Of a stretch of 64,000 bases of DNA, positions 18,663 to 27,721 are shown piece after piece. The translations under genes and the position numbers were made by a program. A model generated the notes under the pieces. That model did no database searches. It was not told the DNA's origin and saw only the letters and a list, made by a program, of their open reading frames with translations. Position 1 is the stretch's first letter. Every line of letters begins with the position of its first letter. The stretch is from an uncultured Clostridia bacterium (GTDB lineage Bacteria; Bacillota; Clostridia; TANB77; CAG-508): contig CAKPKQ010000005.1 in assembly GCA_934167305.1 (NCBI GenBank), forward strand, positions 952-64,951, in the 5' to 3' direction.

Positions 18663-18893
18663 TTATTCCTCTTCTTGTAAAAAATTTTCTTCTTGTACTT
18701 CGTCTCCATCTTTTATTAAAATGGTTATTCTTTTTTCTGCATCTTCTAATAAATTGCTACATTCTTTTGAAAGTTTCATTCCTTCTTCAAATTTTGAAAC
18801 AGATTCTTCTAAATTTAAATCACCTTTTTCTAATTCTGCAGCTATTTCTTCTAGTTTGCTCATTGTTTCTTCAAAACTTACTTTTTTACCCAT
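18663..18893 (-). CDS. xseB: Exodeoxyribonuclease VII small subunit
   Basis: 76 aa. FEETMSKLEEIAAELEKGDLNLEESVSKFEEGMKLSKEC is the XseB signature. Confidence 0.9.
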   Translation of the reverse strand: MGKKVSFEETMSKLEEIAAELEKGDLNLEESVSKFEEGMKLSKECSNLLEDAEKRITILIKDGDEVQEENFLQEEE

Positions 18894-18903
18894 CTTTACT
18901 CCT

Positions 18904-19392
18904 CTATTTTTCAGTCACAACTTCTGTTGTAACATCAACTATATAACCAGTAATTGTTCTAGTTGTTTTTGTATCATATACTGTTACCAAATATTTTCCA
19001 TCATTTTGAATACTTATATTAAATGCTATACCTTCTAATCCCCCAAATTGTTCAGTACACTTTTGCTTTACTAAATTGATTGCTTTGGTTTCTTTTGATG
19101 TCATTTGATTTCCATCATCTTCTATAGAATTACTTGATGCTGTAACAGTTGACTCATTTTTATTTTCTTCTTGCTTTTTTTGGTCTTCTTCTGGCTCTGT
19201 AACATTTTCGTCTAATATATCATTTATTATGTTCTCAAGACCACTATTTGCATCTGGCAATATTTCCCCTTCTCCAATTACCGTTTTAGGCAATGGTTTT
19301 TGACTATAATGTTGATATATTATGCATATTAAAGCAAATACTAATATAGTAATAACTACTATAATTAAAATATTCTTTGTTGTTTTCGTCAT
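18904..19392 (-). CDS. Membrane-anchored hypothetical protein inserted between xseA and xseB
   Basis: N-terminal TM, acidic linker, small C-terminal domain. No recognisable family. Confidence 0.5.
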   Translation of the reverse strand: MTKTTKNILIIVVITILVFALICIIYQHYSQKPLPKTVIGEGEILPDANSGLENIINDILDENVTEPEEDQKKQEENKNESTVTASSNSIEDDGNQMTSKETKAINLVKQKCTEQFGGLEGIAFNISIQNDGKYLVTVYDTKTTRTITGYIVDVTTEVVTEK

Positions 19393-19404
19393 ATTTTTCT
19401 CCTT

Positions 19405-20595
19405 TTACATAACTTTGGCTTTTACGTCTCCATCTTGCATTTTAATAGAAATTTCGTCTTCTTTATTTAGTTGATTTTTACTTTTTATAATTTCTCCATT
19501 TTTCGTAATTATTCCATAGCCTCTAGTTAAAGTTTTTAATGGACTTAATGAATCCAATTTTAAAATTACATTTTGTGCTTTTGCTTTTTCTTGTAGAATC
19601 TTATTATTTATACTGTGTTCCATTGATTTTACTTTAATATCAACTAACATTAGCTTTTCATTTATTTGTTGTAAAGCTCCTGTAAATGCTTTTCTTGACA
19701 TACATTTTTCATATTGTAATTTCATTAATTGCACTTTTCTAATCAATGCTTGCTCATATCTTTTTTGAAAAACTTTAAGTTTTTGTTCTACTTCTTTTAT
19801 ATCTGCCACTGCAAGTTCTGCAGCTGCTGATGGAGTTGGTGCTCTTAAATCTGCAACAAAATCTGCTATTGTAAAGTCTGTTTCGTGCCCCACAGCTGAA
19901 ATAACAGGTAATTCCGAGTTATATATTGCTCTTGCAACAATTTCTTCATTAAATGGCCATAAATCTTCTAATGAGCCTCCGCCTCTTGCAATAATAAGCA
20001 CATCCGCCAATTTATGCTTATTCATAAATTCAATACCTTCTGCTATTTTCTTTCCTGCTCCTTCGCCTTGCACTGGAACTGGAAATAGCCTAATATGTAC
20101 ATTCGGATTTCTTCTGGTAGACACATTTATAATATCTCTTATAACAGCTCCAGTATTTGAAGTTAACACTCCTATTGTTTCAGGCATTATAGGTATTTCT
20201 TTTTTATGTTTTTGGTCAAATAATCCTTCTTTTTCTAGTTTTGCCTTTAGTTCTTCATATGCTGCTCTTAAGTCTCCTATTTTTCCAAGTTGTTTCATTG
20301 CTTTAGCATATAATTGATATGTTCCGTCTCTTTCAAATACAGATACACTTCCAAGTACCATTACTTTCATACCATCTTGAGGTACAAAATCTAAATGTGT
20401 TGTATATGTTTTAAACATTATTGATTTTATTAAAGATTTTTCATCCTTTAATGTAAAATACATATGGCCTGTATAGTGATTTTTAAAGTTTGAAATCTCT
20501 CCCTCTACTAAAACATTAGCAAAGAATTCATCATTCTCAAACTTTTCTTTTACATATTTATTTAGTTCACTTACACTTATGGGATTATATGTCAT
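19405..20595 (-). CDS. xseA: Exodeoxyribonuclease VII large subunit
   Basis: 396 aa with OB fold and catalytic region (GVLTSNTGAVIRD, ARGGGSLEDLWPFN, SAVGHETD). Confidence 0.95.
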   Translation of the reverse strand: MTYNPISVSELNKYVKEKFENDEFFANVLVEGEISNFKNHYTGHMYFTLKDEKSLIKSIMFKTYTTHLDFVPQDGMKVMVLGSVSVFERDGTYQLYAKAMKQLGKIGDLRAAYEELKAKLEKEGLFDQKHKKEIPIMPETIGVLTSNTGAVIRDIINVSTRRNPNVHIRLFPVPVQGEGAGKKIAEGIEFMNKHKLADVLIIARGGGSLEDLWPFNEEIVARAIYNSELPVISAVGHETDFTIADFVADLRAPTPSAAAELAVADIKEVEQKLKVFQKRYEQALIRKVQLMKLQYEKCMSRKAFTGALQQINEKLMLVDIKVKSMEHSINNKILQEKAKAQNVILKLDSLSPLKTLTRGYGIITKNGEIIKSKNQLNKEDEISIKMQDGDVKAKVM

Positions 20596-20597
20596 TA

Positions 20598-21026
20598 TTA
20601 CTCCTCATTTGTTATGCCAGCTTGTTTTATAATATTAGCTAGTATTCCATTTATAAAAGATGGTGAATTTTCATCTCCATATTTTTTTGCTATTTCTACT
20701 ACTTCATTTACAACTACTTTGTATGGTAGTTTTGCGTAAACTATTTCATATGTGGCAAGTTTTAACAAAGTAATATTTACTTTTGAAATTCTTGAGATAT
20801 CCCATTTTTCTTTTAAGTTTTGAGATATCAATTTTAAAATTGCTTCTTCATTTTCATTTATTCCATTTATCGTTTGTGTTATATATGTTTTTACTTTTTC
20901 TTGGTCAATTTCCTGCTCTTTTAAAAACATTTCAATTTGTTCTGCATATTCATTTTGTTCTGTTTTTTGAATTTCTAAGCTATATAGTAATTCAAAAGTA
21001 AGTTCTCTTGTTTCTGTTCTTGTCAT
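20598..21026 (-). CDS. nusB: Transcription antitermination factor NusB
   Basis: 142 aa with the NusB C-terminal pattern (VVNEVVEIAKKYGDENSPSFINGIL). Confidence 0.9.
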   Translation of the reverse strand: MTRTETRELTFELLYSLEIQKTEQNEYAEQIEMFLKEQEIDQEKVKTYITQTINGINENEEAILKLISQNLKEKWDISRISKVNITLLKLATYEIVYAKLPYKVVVNEVVEIAKKYGDENSPSFINGILANIIKQAGITNEE

Positions 21027-21044
21027 TTATTTGTTACTCCCTTT

Positions 21045-21260
21045 TTATAACTTATCTATAAAATTTTTTATTTTATCTTTTACTCTTTCTTTATTTTTTT
21101 GATAATAGTTTCCAGCCCAAATGCATATAAGTATTAATGCTATTATTAATAAAATTTTATATAAATTTGTACAAAATAATAAAACTGCTAATGCTATTCC
21201 AACTAGGCCACCAACAATACCGCCACCATATTTGTCACAAAACATTTTGAAATTTTCCAT
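21045..21260 (-). CDS. DUF2273 small integral membrane protein
   Basis: 71 aa with two TM segments, in the usual position within asp23 clusters. Confidence 0.7.
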   Translation of the reverse strand: MENFKMFCDKYGGGIVGGLVGIALAVLLFCTNLYKILLIIALILICIWAGNYYQKNKERVKDKIKNFIDKL

Positions 21261-21281
21261 TTGTTTCGCTCCTTTCGTTTT

Positions 21282-21851
21282 TTACTCTTGAACTATTGGT
21301 TTCACAGGTTCAATATCTTTTACTTTAATATTAACTTCTTTAACTTCTAAGTCAGAAGTATTTTTTATTGTCGTTTTAATTTTAGTTTGTAAATTTGTTG
21401 ATAATTCTTTTATAATTGCATTTTCTTTAACACTTAAATTTACAAATACTGTTACATTGTTTTCTTTATCTAGTTCTACTCTTGTTGTTACATTTTCTGC
21501 ACTATCAAAACCTTTTACTACACTATTAACCAAGTTTTCTATAGTATCTTTTGTAATTAAAAGTTTTCCGTCAGAATTTTCTAGCAATATGCCATTTTTA
21601 TAGTCCATTTCTTGTTTTGCACTTGAATCAAAAAATATACATTTAATTGCTAACAATATAAATAAAACGCTTACTGCAAGTATTATGTTAGATGTAACCT
21701 CATTTTGTAATGCACTTACTATTACGTCATGTGTTAATTCTATATTTAACCACCCAAAAATTATTAAACATGTTATTATTGATAATATAAGTATTATTGT
21801 AGAAAAAAGAGCTAGTCCTATTCTATCTAATATTTTCATTTTTTGCTTCAT
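21282..21851 (-). CDS. Alkaline shock response membrane anchor protein (AmaP-like)
   Basis: 189 aa with two N-terminal TM segments and a C-terminal soluble domain. Adjacent to asp23. Confidence 0.7.
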   Translation of the reverse strand: MKQKMKILDRIGLALFSTIILILSIITCLIIFGWLNIELTHDVIVSALQNEVTSNIILAVSVLFILLAIKCIFFDSSAKQEMDYKNGILLENSDGKLLITKDTIENLVNSVVKGFDSAENVTTRVELDKENNVTVFVNLSVKENAIIKELSTNLQTKIKTTIKNTSDLEVKEVNIKVKDIEPVKPIVQE

Positions 21852-21922
21852 CCTTTCTTAATATATGCTTTGAAACTTTAAATTAGGCACAGTAAATTTT
21901 ATTGTGCCTAATTCTTATTTTA

Positions 21923-22366
21923 TTATTCTTTGTCTTCTTCTTTTTCGTTGCTTACGCCCATGTTATCTGTACTAACACCTTGTATATGAACGTTAACCTC
22001 AACAACTTTTAATCCTGTCATGTTTTCAACTGCTTTTTTTACTTTGTTTTGAATTTCAAAGGCAACATCTGGAATTCTTACTCCATACTCTACTATAATG
22101 TTTACATCTATTTTTGTTTCTTTTTCACCAGTTTCAACCTTTATTCCTTTTGCTAAATTCTTTTTACCACTAAGTACCTCTGAAATTCCACCTGCAAATC
22201 CGCCTGACATTTGTGCTACTCCAGGTACTTCTGATACTGCTACTCCTGCAATTACAGATACTACATCATCTGAAATTTTTATATTTGTGTTACTTTCTAG
22301 TGCAACTTCCCCACTATTTTCAACTACTTCTTCAACCTCTTTTATTTCTTTCTTTTCTTCTTCCAT
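21923..22366 (-). CDS. Asp23/Gls24 family envelope stress protein
   Basis: Core motif ISDDVVSVIAGVAVSEVPGVAQM...VNIIVEYGVRIPDVAFEIQNKVKKAVENMTG. Confidence 0.9.
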   Translation of the reverse strand: MEEEKKEIKEVEEVVENSGEVALESNTNIKISDDVVSVIAGVAVSEVPGVAQMSGGFAGGISEVLSGKKNLAKGIKVETGEKETKIDVNIIVEYGVRIPDVAFEIQNKVKKAVENMTGLKVVEVNVHIQGVSTDNMGVSNEKEEDKE

Positions 22367-22412
22367 AAAGAAACCTCCTTTTCTTACGAAAATTTATATT
22401 TTTAGATATATA

Positions 22413-23057
22413 TTAGTATATCAATTTTGTTGAAATTTTACAACTATTTTCCTTTATTTTTTTATATTTATTATAAATTTGAATCCATGAATATACTCTA
22501 GTAAGTTCTGGTACTTCTATGCCTTGATTACATGTAGAAGTATATAAAAATGCTGTTATTCCACCATTTTTAACATTTCTGCAATGTTCTATACTATCAT
22601 CTATAAATATATCTATATTATTTTCCTTTGAAACCTCTAATTTATTTTGTGCATTCATTACAAGTTTATCATACGGAATATTATTTTTTTCGAGCCATTT
22701 TTGTGTATAATCTTTTATAACAGAACTTCCTTCTTCATATTCATACCTAGATGTAATCAAAATTATATTATTTTTTTCTTTTTGGAGCTTTTTTAATATT
22801 TCGCTAACACAATCTTTGGGTCTTGCTATTGTTAACATATCAATAAAATATTTTTGCCAAAATAAATTTATTTGTTCACTCGTCCAATGTGAATACATTG
22901 TTTCTATGTAATTATGATTTGGAATTTTTCCATATTGTTTTGGATCACCACTGTTTCCAAGTTCTATATCAAATTTTTGTGCACTTGTAAATACACTTTC
23001 AAATGAGTTTGATATTGTATCATCTATATCTATTCCTATATTCATGTTTTTCTCCAT
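22413..23057 (-). CDS. HAD-superfamily 5'(3')-deoxyribonucleotidase-like protein
   Basis: IGIDIDDT motif I, ITSR motif II, and IFIDDS motif. Confidence 0.7.
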   Translation of the reverse strand: MEKNMNIGIDIDDTISNSFESVFTSAQKFDIELGNSGDPKQYGKIPNHNYIETMYSHWTSEQINLFWQKYFIDMLTIARPKDCVSEILKKLQKEKNNIILITSRYEYEEGSSVIKDYTQKWLEKNNIPYDKLVMNAQNKLEVSKENNIDIFIDDSIEHCRNVKNGGITAFLYTSTCNQGIEVPELTRVYSWIQIYNKYKKIKENSCKISTKLIY

Positions 23058-23129
23058 TTCTTATTTAATATGTTTTAAATTTTAACATATCAATTTTAAA
23101 ATTTCAATATACAAATATAAAACTTTTGT

Positions 23130-23177
23130 TTGACAAATTAATTTTCTTGTATTATAATTGTTACGAACATTTATTTG
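23130..23177 (+). promoter_or_regulatory. Consensus promoter TTGACA-17-TATAAT with a CGAACAT-type LexA-box candidate at the start site
   Basis: ttgaca at 23130-23135 and tataat at 23153-23158. The box cgaacatttatttg lies at 23164-23177. The Firmicute Cheo box is CGAACnnnnGTTCG. Confidence 0.45.
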
Positions 23178-23194
23178 TATTGTGAGGTTTACTT

Positions 23195-24544
23195 ATGGAA
23201 ATTGAAGAAAAACTAGAAATATTATCTGCTTCTGCAAAATATGATGCATCTTGTAGTTCATCTGGCGGTAGCAGAAAAAATACATCTAAAGGAATTGGTA
23301 ATAGTGAAACTTCAGGAATTTGTCACAGCTGGGGTGCTGATGGTAGGTGTATTTCTCTACTTAAAATTTTAATGACAAATTGCTGTATGTATGATTGTAA
23401 ATATTGTATAAATCGTAAAAGTAATTCTGTTAGAAGAGCTACTTTTACTCCAAAAGAAATTGCAGATTTAACTATTGGTTTTTATAAACGTAATTATATT
23501 GAGGGGTTGTTTTTGAGTTCAGCTGTTATAAAATCCCCTGATTACACTATGGAACAAATGATACAAGCTATTACTATTTTACGAAATGAATACCATTTTA
23601 ACGGGTATATTCATGCAAAAACTATTCCTGGCAGTAGCCAAGAACTTATTGATAAATTAGGTACATTAGTTGATCGTATGAGTGTTAATATTGAGCTTCC
23701 ATCTCAAGCTAGTTTAAAGTTACTAGCTCCTGATAAATCTAAAGAGAATATTGTTGAACCAATGAGCTATATTTCTAATAAGTTAAGTTTATCTGCTCAA
23801 AAATTTTTGCCTACTACTAAAAAGAGTTTTAGTTTTTTGCCTAGTAATGTAATTAATAAACCAAAAGACAAAGACTTTGTACCAGCAGGTCAAACTACTC
23901 AAATGATAGTTGGTGCAACACCTGATACAGATTTACAAATTATAAAATTGTCTGAAAGTTTGTATAATAAATTTCATTTAAAAAGAGTTTATTATTCTGC
24001 TTATGTTTCGGTCAATGAAGATTCTAACTTACCAACTTTGGCTAAACCACCATTACTTAGAGAAAACAGAATCTACCAAGCTGACTGGTTGCTTAGGTTT
24101 TATGGCTTTAAAGCTGACGAATTATTAAATGAGCAAAACCCTAATTTTAATACCTTGTTAGATCCAAAGTGTGACTGGGCATTAAGACATTTAGACAGTT
24201 TCCCTGTTGAAATAAACACTGCTGATTACTATACTTTACTTAGAATTCCTGGTATTGGTGTTATATCAGCAAAAAGAATTATATCTGCAAGAAAGTATTG
24301 CCACTTGCAGTTTGAACACCTAAAAAAATTAGGTGTCGTTCTAAAAAGAGCTAGATACTTTATTACATGTGATGGAAAATATTATGATACAATAAAACAT
24401 TTTTCTGATGGCTTTATTGAACAAAATTTATTATTTTTAGAAAGAAACAGTTTGCCAGTATCTTCATATATTCAAACGTCTTTATTTAGTGCCTCAGAGC
24501 CTAATAGATTTGATAAACTAAAAGTTCTTACTGGAAATTTGTAG
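23195..24544 (+). CDS. Putative DNA modification/repair radical SAM protein (TIGR03916-like)
   Basis: CMYDCKYC radical SAM cluster and a C-terminal HhH (LLRIPGIGVISAKRII). Paired with the DUF4130-type partner downstream. Confidence 0.85.
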   Translation: MEIEEKLEILSASAKYDASCSSSGGSRKNTSKGIGNSETSGICHSWGADGRCISLLKILMTNCCMYDCKYCINRKSNSVRRATFTPKEIADLTIGFYKRNYIEGLFLSSAVIKSPDYTMEQMIQAITILRNEYHFNGYIHAKTIPGSSQELIDKLGTLVDRMSVNIELPSQASLKLLAPDKSKENIVEPMSYISNKLSLSAQKFLPTTKKSFSFLPSNVINKPKDKDFVPAGQTTQMIVGATPDTDLQIIKLSESLYNKFHLKRVYYSAYVSVNEDSNLPTLAKPPLLRENRIYQADWLLRFYGFKADELLNEQNPNFNTLLDPKCDWALRHLDSFPVEINTADYYTLLRIPGIGVISAKRIISARKYCHLQFEHLKKLGVVLKRARYFITCDGKYYDTIKHFSDGFIEQNLLFLERNSLPVSSYIQTSLFSASEPNRFDKLKVLTGNL

Positions 24545-24559
24545 AGGAGTGTATTATAT

Positions 24560-25333
24560 ATGATTAATTGGAAATTTTTAAATAATGAAGTTTATTTATA
24601 TGATGGAACATTTAATGGTCTTCTTAGTGTTGCGTTTTATTGTTATGTAAACAAAGTTATTCCTTATAGAGTTGTTGATGAAAATTGCTATTTTCATAAT
24701 TTATTAGAAAATTCAAAGTTTATACCTACTAATGAACTACATGCTGAACGTATATTTAACGGAATTTATCATTCAGCTGGCCGTAGTGCGATATATGATT
24801 GCTATAATGCTTTTCTTTCTGGTAGTTCATCTAAAGAATTACCTATATTAAAGTATATTTTAAATAGTTTTGAAATCGGCCCTAATATTTGTAACATGCT
24901 TTCATTAGATTATGTTTTAGAGGTAGTAAAACTACGTAAAAATGTTCTCATGGAAGCTCATAGATTTGATGGATTGGTTCGCCTTCAAGAAATTGGCAAT
25001 AACTTATGGTATGCCTCTGTTCATCCTGATAATAATATAATTGAAAACGTTGGTCAATTTTTAATGAAACGATTTCCAATGCAAAATATAATTTTACATG
25101 ACAAAAATAGAAATTTAGCCTTTATGTATAGTGTACTAAGGCCTAATAATTATGAAATAATTGAAGTTCCAAAGGATATTGAATTTTCTTTTCTTTCTGA
25201 TGACGAACTCAAATTTCAATCTTTATGGAAAACATTTTTCAAAAGTATTGCAATTAAAGAAAGGACAAACTCAAAGTTGCAAATGCAATTTATGCCTAAA
25301 AAATATTGGCAAGATTTGGTCGAGTTAAAATAA
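24560..25333 (+). CDS. TIGR03915-like probable DNA metabolism protein (DUF4130), partner of the radical SAM enzyme
   Basis: 257 aa, 15 nt downstream of the radical SAM gene. This is the typical two-gene arrangement. Confidence 0.75.
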   Translation: MINWKFLNNEVYLYDGTFNGLLSVAFYCYVNKVIPYRVVDENCYFHNLLENSKFIPTNELHAERIFNGIYHSAGRSAIYDCYNAFLSGSSSKELPILKYILNSFEIGPNICNMLSLDYVLEVVKLRKNVLMEAHRFDGLVRLQEIGNNLWYASVHPDNNIIENVGQFLMKRFPMQNIILHDKNRNLAFMYSVLRPNNYEIIEVPKDIEFSFLSDDELKFQSLWKTFFKSIAIKERTNSKLQMQFMPKKYWQDLVELK

Positions 25334-25336
25334 AAA

Positions 25337-25365
25337 TTGACATAATTATTTTTTGATGTTATAAT
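25337..25365 (+). promoter_or_regulatory. Perfect sigma-A consensus promoter TTGACA-17-TATAAT
   Basis: ttgaca at 25337-25342, a 17-nt spacer ending in tgt, and tataat at 25360-25365. Confidence 0.7.
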
Positions 25366-25371
25366 TTTGTA

Positions 25372-25707
25372 GAAATTAGCCTGTTAGGTTAAAAATACTG
25401 AAAGGAGAGGCCTTTATCATGGAAAAAATGAAAGTGACTTTTGCTGTAAAATCGGCATCAACTGCAAGTTCAACATCCCCAGCAGAAAACTTTTCACGTA
25501 AGTACGAAATTCCTACGAAATCATTTCCGAAGGTTCATCAGATATTGACTAAAAGACTCCATGCAAGTTATTGCACTCTCAACAACACGTTTTTGTTCGA
25601 CTCTCGGGAAGAAGTTTTTATCGGTCTCGAAAAAATTATTTACTTAATTGTAGATGATTAATAAAAGCAAAGAGCATACCTAAAAATCGGTATGCTCTTT
25701 GTTTTTT
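25372..25707 (+). other. Orphan transcription unit: either an unclassified structured RNA or an 80-aa ORF (25419..25661)
   Basis: Consensus promoter, AAAGGAGAGG SD 8 nt before the ATG, and a strong terminator at 25668-25707. Three hand-counted 60-nt blocks give 42/37/38% G+C against a much lower flanking value. The ORF uses codons rare for this genome (tcg, acg, ccg, cgg, ctc). Confidence 0.4.
25668..25707. terminator. Bidirectional terminator (orphan unit on plus, thrS on minus)
   Basis: 13-bp stem caaagagcatacc/ggtatgctctttg. A T-run follows on the plus strand and ttttatt follows on the minus strand. Confidence 0.8.
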
Positions 25708-25785
25708 AGTATACAATAAAATTAAGTTACCTTAGGCCGTGCTCATTTTAAAGCACTCCCTGTACATATGGCAAAGCCACTTTTC

Positions 25786-27702
25786 TTATTTGTATTCTTC
25801 TACTTCTTTCTTTATTTTTAATATAAAGTCATTTAGTCCCATTACTCCAATATCACCATCTGATCTAGAACGAACTCCTACAGCATTTGCTTCTACTTCT
25901 TTATCTCCTATAATTAACATATATGGAATTTTTTGAAGTTGTGCTTCTCTAATTTTATAACCAATTTTTTCTTGTCTTTCATCAATTTCTGCACGAATTC
26001 CATTGTTGTCTAGTTCTTCTAAAACTTTTTCTGCATATTCTTTATGCGCGTCAGCTATTGGTAATATTTTTACTTGTACTGGTGATAACCATGTTGGAAA
26101 TGCACCTGCATAATGTTCTGTTAAAATACCAATAAATCTTTCAAATGAACCAAATAATGCTCTATGTAGCATAATTGGTGTTTTCTTTTCTCCATCTGAA
26201 TCAATGTATGATAAATTAAATCTTAATGGTAATTGGAAGTCAACTTGTACTGTTCCCATTTGCCATTCTCTTCCTAAACAGTCCTTCATTTTAATATCAA
26301 TTTTTGGACCATAGAAAGCTCCATCACCTTCATTTACACGATAATTGTCTTTACCACATATTTCGTCTAATACATCTTTTAAGTCCGCTTCTGCTTTGTT
26401 CCATAAATTGATGTCTCCCATATAATCTTCTGGTCTGGTAGATAATGTTAGTATAAAGTCTAATCCAAATATGTTATATAGTTTTTTAGCAATTTCAAGA
26501 ATATTTTTAATCTCTTCTTTAATTTGTGATTCCATAACATAATTGTGTGAATCATCTTGTCTAAACATTCTTACACGGAATAAACCGTTTAATTGTCCAG
26601 ATTTTTCATTACGATGTATAATATCTATATCACTAAATCTTAAAGGCAAGTCCTTGTAACTTCTTAATTTGCTTTGATAAATTTTAATAGAGTTTGGACA
26701 GTTCATTGGTTTTAAAGCTTGTTCTTTTCCATCACTATCTATTAAAACAAACATATCATCTTTGTAATGATCCCAATGTCCTGATGTTTTCCATAAACTA
26801 CTGCTGTTTAATTGTGGACCAGAGAATTCTTGATATCCTCTCTTTTTATGTTCTTTTCTCCAAAGGTCTATAAGTATATTCATCATTGTGAAGCCTTTAG
26901 GCATCCAATATGCCATACCTGGTGCTGTTTCATCAAAGAAAAATAAATCTAATTCTTTTCCTAATTTACGATGATCTCTTTTTTTAGCTTCTTCTAACAT
27001 ATGTAAATGTTCTTCTAACATGCTAGCTTTAGGAAATGAAATACCATAAATTCTTTGAAGAGTTTGTTTTGTTTCGTCCCCTCTCCAATATGAAGCTGAT
27101 GAATGTAATAATTTGAATGCTTTTACTGAGCCTGTACTCATAATATGTGGTCCAGCACATAATTCTTTAAATTCACCTTGATCATAAAAGCTAATTTCTT
27201 CACCTTCTGGTAGTTCTTCAATTAATTCTACTTTATATGGTTCTTTTCTATCTTTCATTAACTTAATAGCTTCTTCTCTTGGAAGAGTATATCTTGTGAT
27301 TGGTAAATCTTCTTTAACAATCTTTTTCATTTCTTCTTCAATTTTAGCTAAATCTTCTTCTGTGAATGGTTTTTCCACGTCAAAATCATAATAAAAACCA
27401 TTATCAATAGATGGACCAATTGTTAATTTTACATTATCTCCATATAGTCTTTTTATAGCTTGTGCCATAATGTGAGATGTTGTATGCCAATATGCCTTTT
27501 TACCATCTAAATCATCAAAAGTTAAAATCTCTAATTTACAATCTTTTTCAATTAAAGTACGTAAATCTTTTACCTCTCCATCAATCTTTCCCGCCATAGC
27601 ATTTCTTGCTAAGCCTTCACTTATTTTTTTTGCAATTTCTAAAATAGAAGAACCTACATTAACCTCTATTTTAGAACCATCTTTTAATTCTACTTTTACC
27701 AT
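25786..27702 (-). CDS. thrS: Threonine--tRNA ligase
   Basis: 638 aa with TGS, editing and class II catalytic domains (HRDHRKLG, FRVRMFRQDDSH, HRALFGSFERF). Confidence 0.97.
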   Translation of the reverse strand: MVKVELKDGSKIEVNVGSSILEIAKKISEGLARNAMAGKIDGEVKDLRTLIEKDCKLEILTFDDLDGKKAYWHTTSHIMAQAIKRLYGDNVKLTIGPSIDNGFYYDFDVEKPFTEEDLAKIEEEMKKIVKEDLPITRYTLPREEAIKLMKDRKEPYKVELIEELPEGEEISFYDQGEFKELCAGPHIMSTGSVKAFKLLHSSASYWRGDETKQTLQRIYGISFPKASMLEEHLHMLEEAKKRDHRKLGKELDLFFFDETAPGMAYWMPKGFTMMNILIDLWRKEHKKRGYQEFSGPQLNSSSLWKTSGHWDHYKDDMFVLIDSDGKEQALKPMNCPNSIKIYQSKLRSYKDLPLRFSDIDIIHRNEKSGQLNGLFRVRMFRQDDSHNYVMESQIKEEIKNILEIAKKLYNIFGLDFILTLSTRPEDYMGDINLWNKAEADLKDVLDEICGKDNYRVNEGDGAFYGPKIDIKMKDCLGREWQMGTVQVDFQLPLRFNLSYIDSDGEKKTPIMLHRALFGSFERFIGILTEHYAGAFPTWLSPVQVKILPIADAHKEYAEKVLEELDNNGIRAEIDERQEKIGYKIREAQLQKIPYMLIIGDKEVEANAVGVRSRSDGDIGVMGLNDFILKIKKEVEEYK

Positions 27703-27721
27703 ATTTTCTCCTCCTTCTTAA

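Noticed and set aside
25372-25660. Assigning the orphan GC-richer unit to 6S RNA, RNase P RNA, SRP RNA or a common riboswitch.
   Set aside because: There is no GAGGAAAGUCC (RNase P) motif and no GGAAGCAG-type SRP domain IV motif. The 5' and 3' ends do not pair into a 6S-like closing stem. No gene lies downstream for a riboswitch. It is left unclassified in the findings.
25739-25936. Plus-strand 65-aa ORF overlapping the 3' end of thrS.
   Set aside because: It is antisense to thrS, has no SD, and starts inside the thrS 3' UTR.
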